A stretch of DNA of 64,000 nt from Octopus vulgaris (Eukaryota). How positions within the stretch are numbered: position 1 is the stretch's first letter; the number at the start of each line of letters is the position of its first letter. The notes under the pieces are model-generated. The model was not told where the DNA came from. It made no database searches and saw only the letters and a program-made list of their open reading frames with translations. Shown piece after piece: positions 62,701 to 64,000 of this stretch. The position numbers and the translations under genes are program-made. The DNA lies in contig OX597834.1 of the NCBI GenBank assembly GCA_951406725.2, positions 17,174,001 to 17,238,000 on the forward strand, written 5' to 3'.

Positions 62701-63045
62701 AGGTGCAGGCGTGGTTATGTGGTTAAGAAGCTCACTTTGCAACCATATGGCTTTGAGTTCAGTCTCACTACATGGCACCCTGGGCAAGTGTCCTCTACTA
62801 CAATGGCAGGACAACCAATGCACTGTGAAAGGATTTAGTTGACGGAAACTGTAAGTCGTGTATGTGTGTGTGTGTGTGTCGTCCCCACCATCACCACTTG
62901 ACAACTGATGTTAGTTTGTCTCTGTAATGTAGCAGTTCAGTAACAGAGACTGATAGAATAAGTGCTAGATTAAAAAAAAAAATGCATAGTTACGTCAAGG
63001 TGGTGCCCCAGTATGACCTCAGTTGAATGGCTAAACAAGCAAAAA
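62701..63045 (+). mobile_element. Family-A SINE (older copy) upstream of the DPW exon
   Basis: aggtgcaggcgtggttatgtggttaagaag...gagttcagtctcac...ctgggcaagtgtc...gatagaataagt...ggtggtgccccagtatg. Confidence 0.75.
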
Positions 63046-63321
63046 AAAAAACATAAAAAGGATATTGTCTTCTTCATACTACCATAATTACCACCACTAC
63101 CATGGAAAACTTGAATTTGTCTTCATTATAAAAATAAAATTAAATCCATTGGGTTTCATTTAAAATAATTTTATAAAAGCTTAGCCAGTTGCTACTTTAT
63201 GTTAAAAATGTAGAGTTTGAGGCAGCTATTTGGCTATTATTTCTAACAGGTCATACACCTATATGCAAGACTCGTACACACATTTGCATTTCATTTTTTA
63301 AATTTTACTTTTCTATTTTAG

Positions 63322-63664
63322 CCTGGAACTCAAAGTGGGAATAGATTGGCTGACAGTTTTGAAACGGGAACAATGAATGCTAACCACGGGACCACAACAG
63401 ACCCTTGGGGAGTTCCCTTGCCACAAACAGCTTCTATGTCAGATCCTTGGGGTGGTGCTGGTGCTGGTAGTAGTATGTCTTCACCCCGGGCAGGTAGAAG
63501 AGAGACAACGACCACGACGACAGCCTCTGCATGGGAATCTCCTGTGGCACTGAATCCCTCATCTAACTTGCAAGCACGTGCTCAGACACCAATAACCACC
63601 GATCCTTGGGGCGTACCAATTAGTAGTCCTGAAAGGTCAACACCACAATCCATTTCTACTCCAA
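63322..63664 (+). CDS. EPN2: Epsin exon with DPW (AP-2 alpha-ear binding) motifs
   Basis: Acceptor ttttctattttag|CCT is in phase 0, matching the UIM exon donor. Encodes PGTQSGNRLADSF...TTDPWGV...SDPWGG...SAWESP...TTDPWGV...STP with three DPW motifs. Donor CCAA|gtaagt (phase 1). The gene continues beyond the window. Confidence 0.92.
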
Positions 63665-64000
63665 GTAAGTACAGAAATAAGTATGTACATATATACACCT
63701 ATCGATGTATATTTTTATACACTCAAGAATTCCAATTACTATCCGCAGTCTTTCGTTTAATTTTAAACATTGTGATAGAATAACGTTAACCATGCTCATT
63801 CTAGATTTAATTGAATATTTAACACTTTGCCTACCAAATCCATTTTGCACGAAGGCACGTGGCTTAGTGGTTAAGTTCTTCGGTTTACGATCGTAAGGTC
63901 ATGAGTTCAATTCCTGGAGCAAGACATTTTATTTTATGTAGTTCCAGTCCACTCAGCTGGCAAAAATGACACATTCTTTGTCATGCTGAATTTCCTTGAG

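Overview
Eukaryotic, AT-rich, microsatellite- and SINE-dense genomic DNA. The repeat families and gene architecture look like a coleoid cephalopod, probably Octopus (inference). Most of the window is the 5' part of one + strand epsin gene (EPN1/2/3 / liquid facets co-ortholog). It has an ENTH exon (acceptor at 4700, ATG 4785, donor after 5273, phase 0), a double-UIM exon (60931-61130, phase 1 to 0) and a DPW-repeat exon (63322-63664, phase 0 to 1). The first non-coding exon and the NPF-bearing 3' exons lie outside the window. The ENTH and UIM exons are ~55.6 kb apart and have incompatible splice phases, so a hidden exon of net length 3n+1 must lie between them. My best candidate is a 10-nt microexon at 33111-33120 (TCGCCATCAG). 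Frame-neutral cassette candidates also occur at 20442-20501 (60 nt) and 31197-31220 (24 nt). The large intronic span holds at least four SINE-like families, RTE LINE relics and several non-autonomous DNA transposons (Tc1/mariner-, piggyBac-, hAT-, Merlin-like and Helentron-associated). It also holds a ~265-bp-arm inverted duplication whose history can be reconstructed, a 31-bp fold-back hairpin, candidate AG|GT recursive splice sites and decayed hammerhead-ribozyme cores. No rRNA, intact tRNA, CRISPR or prokaryotic system is supported. All coordinates and identities were read by eye; no searches were run.
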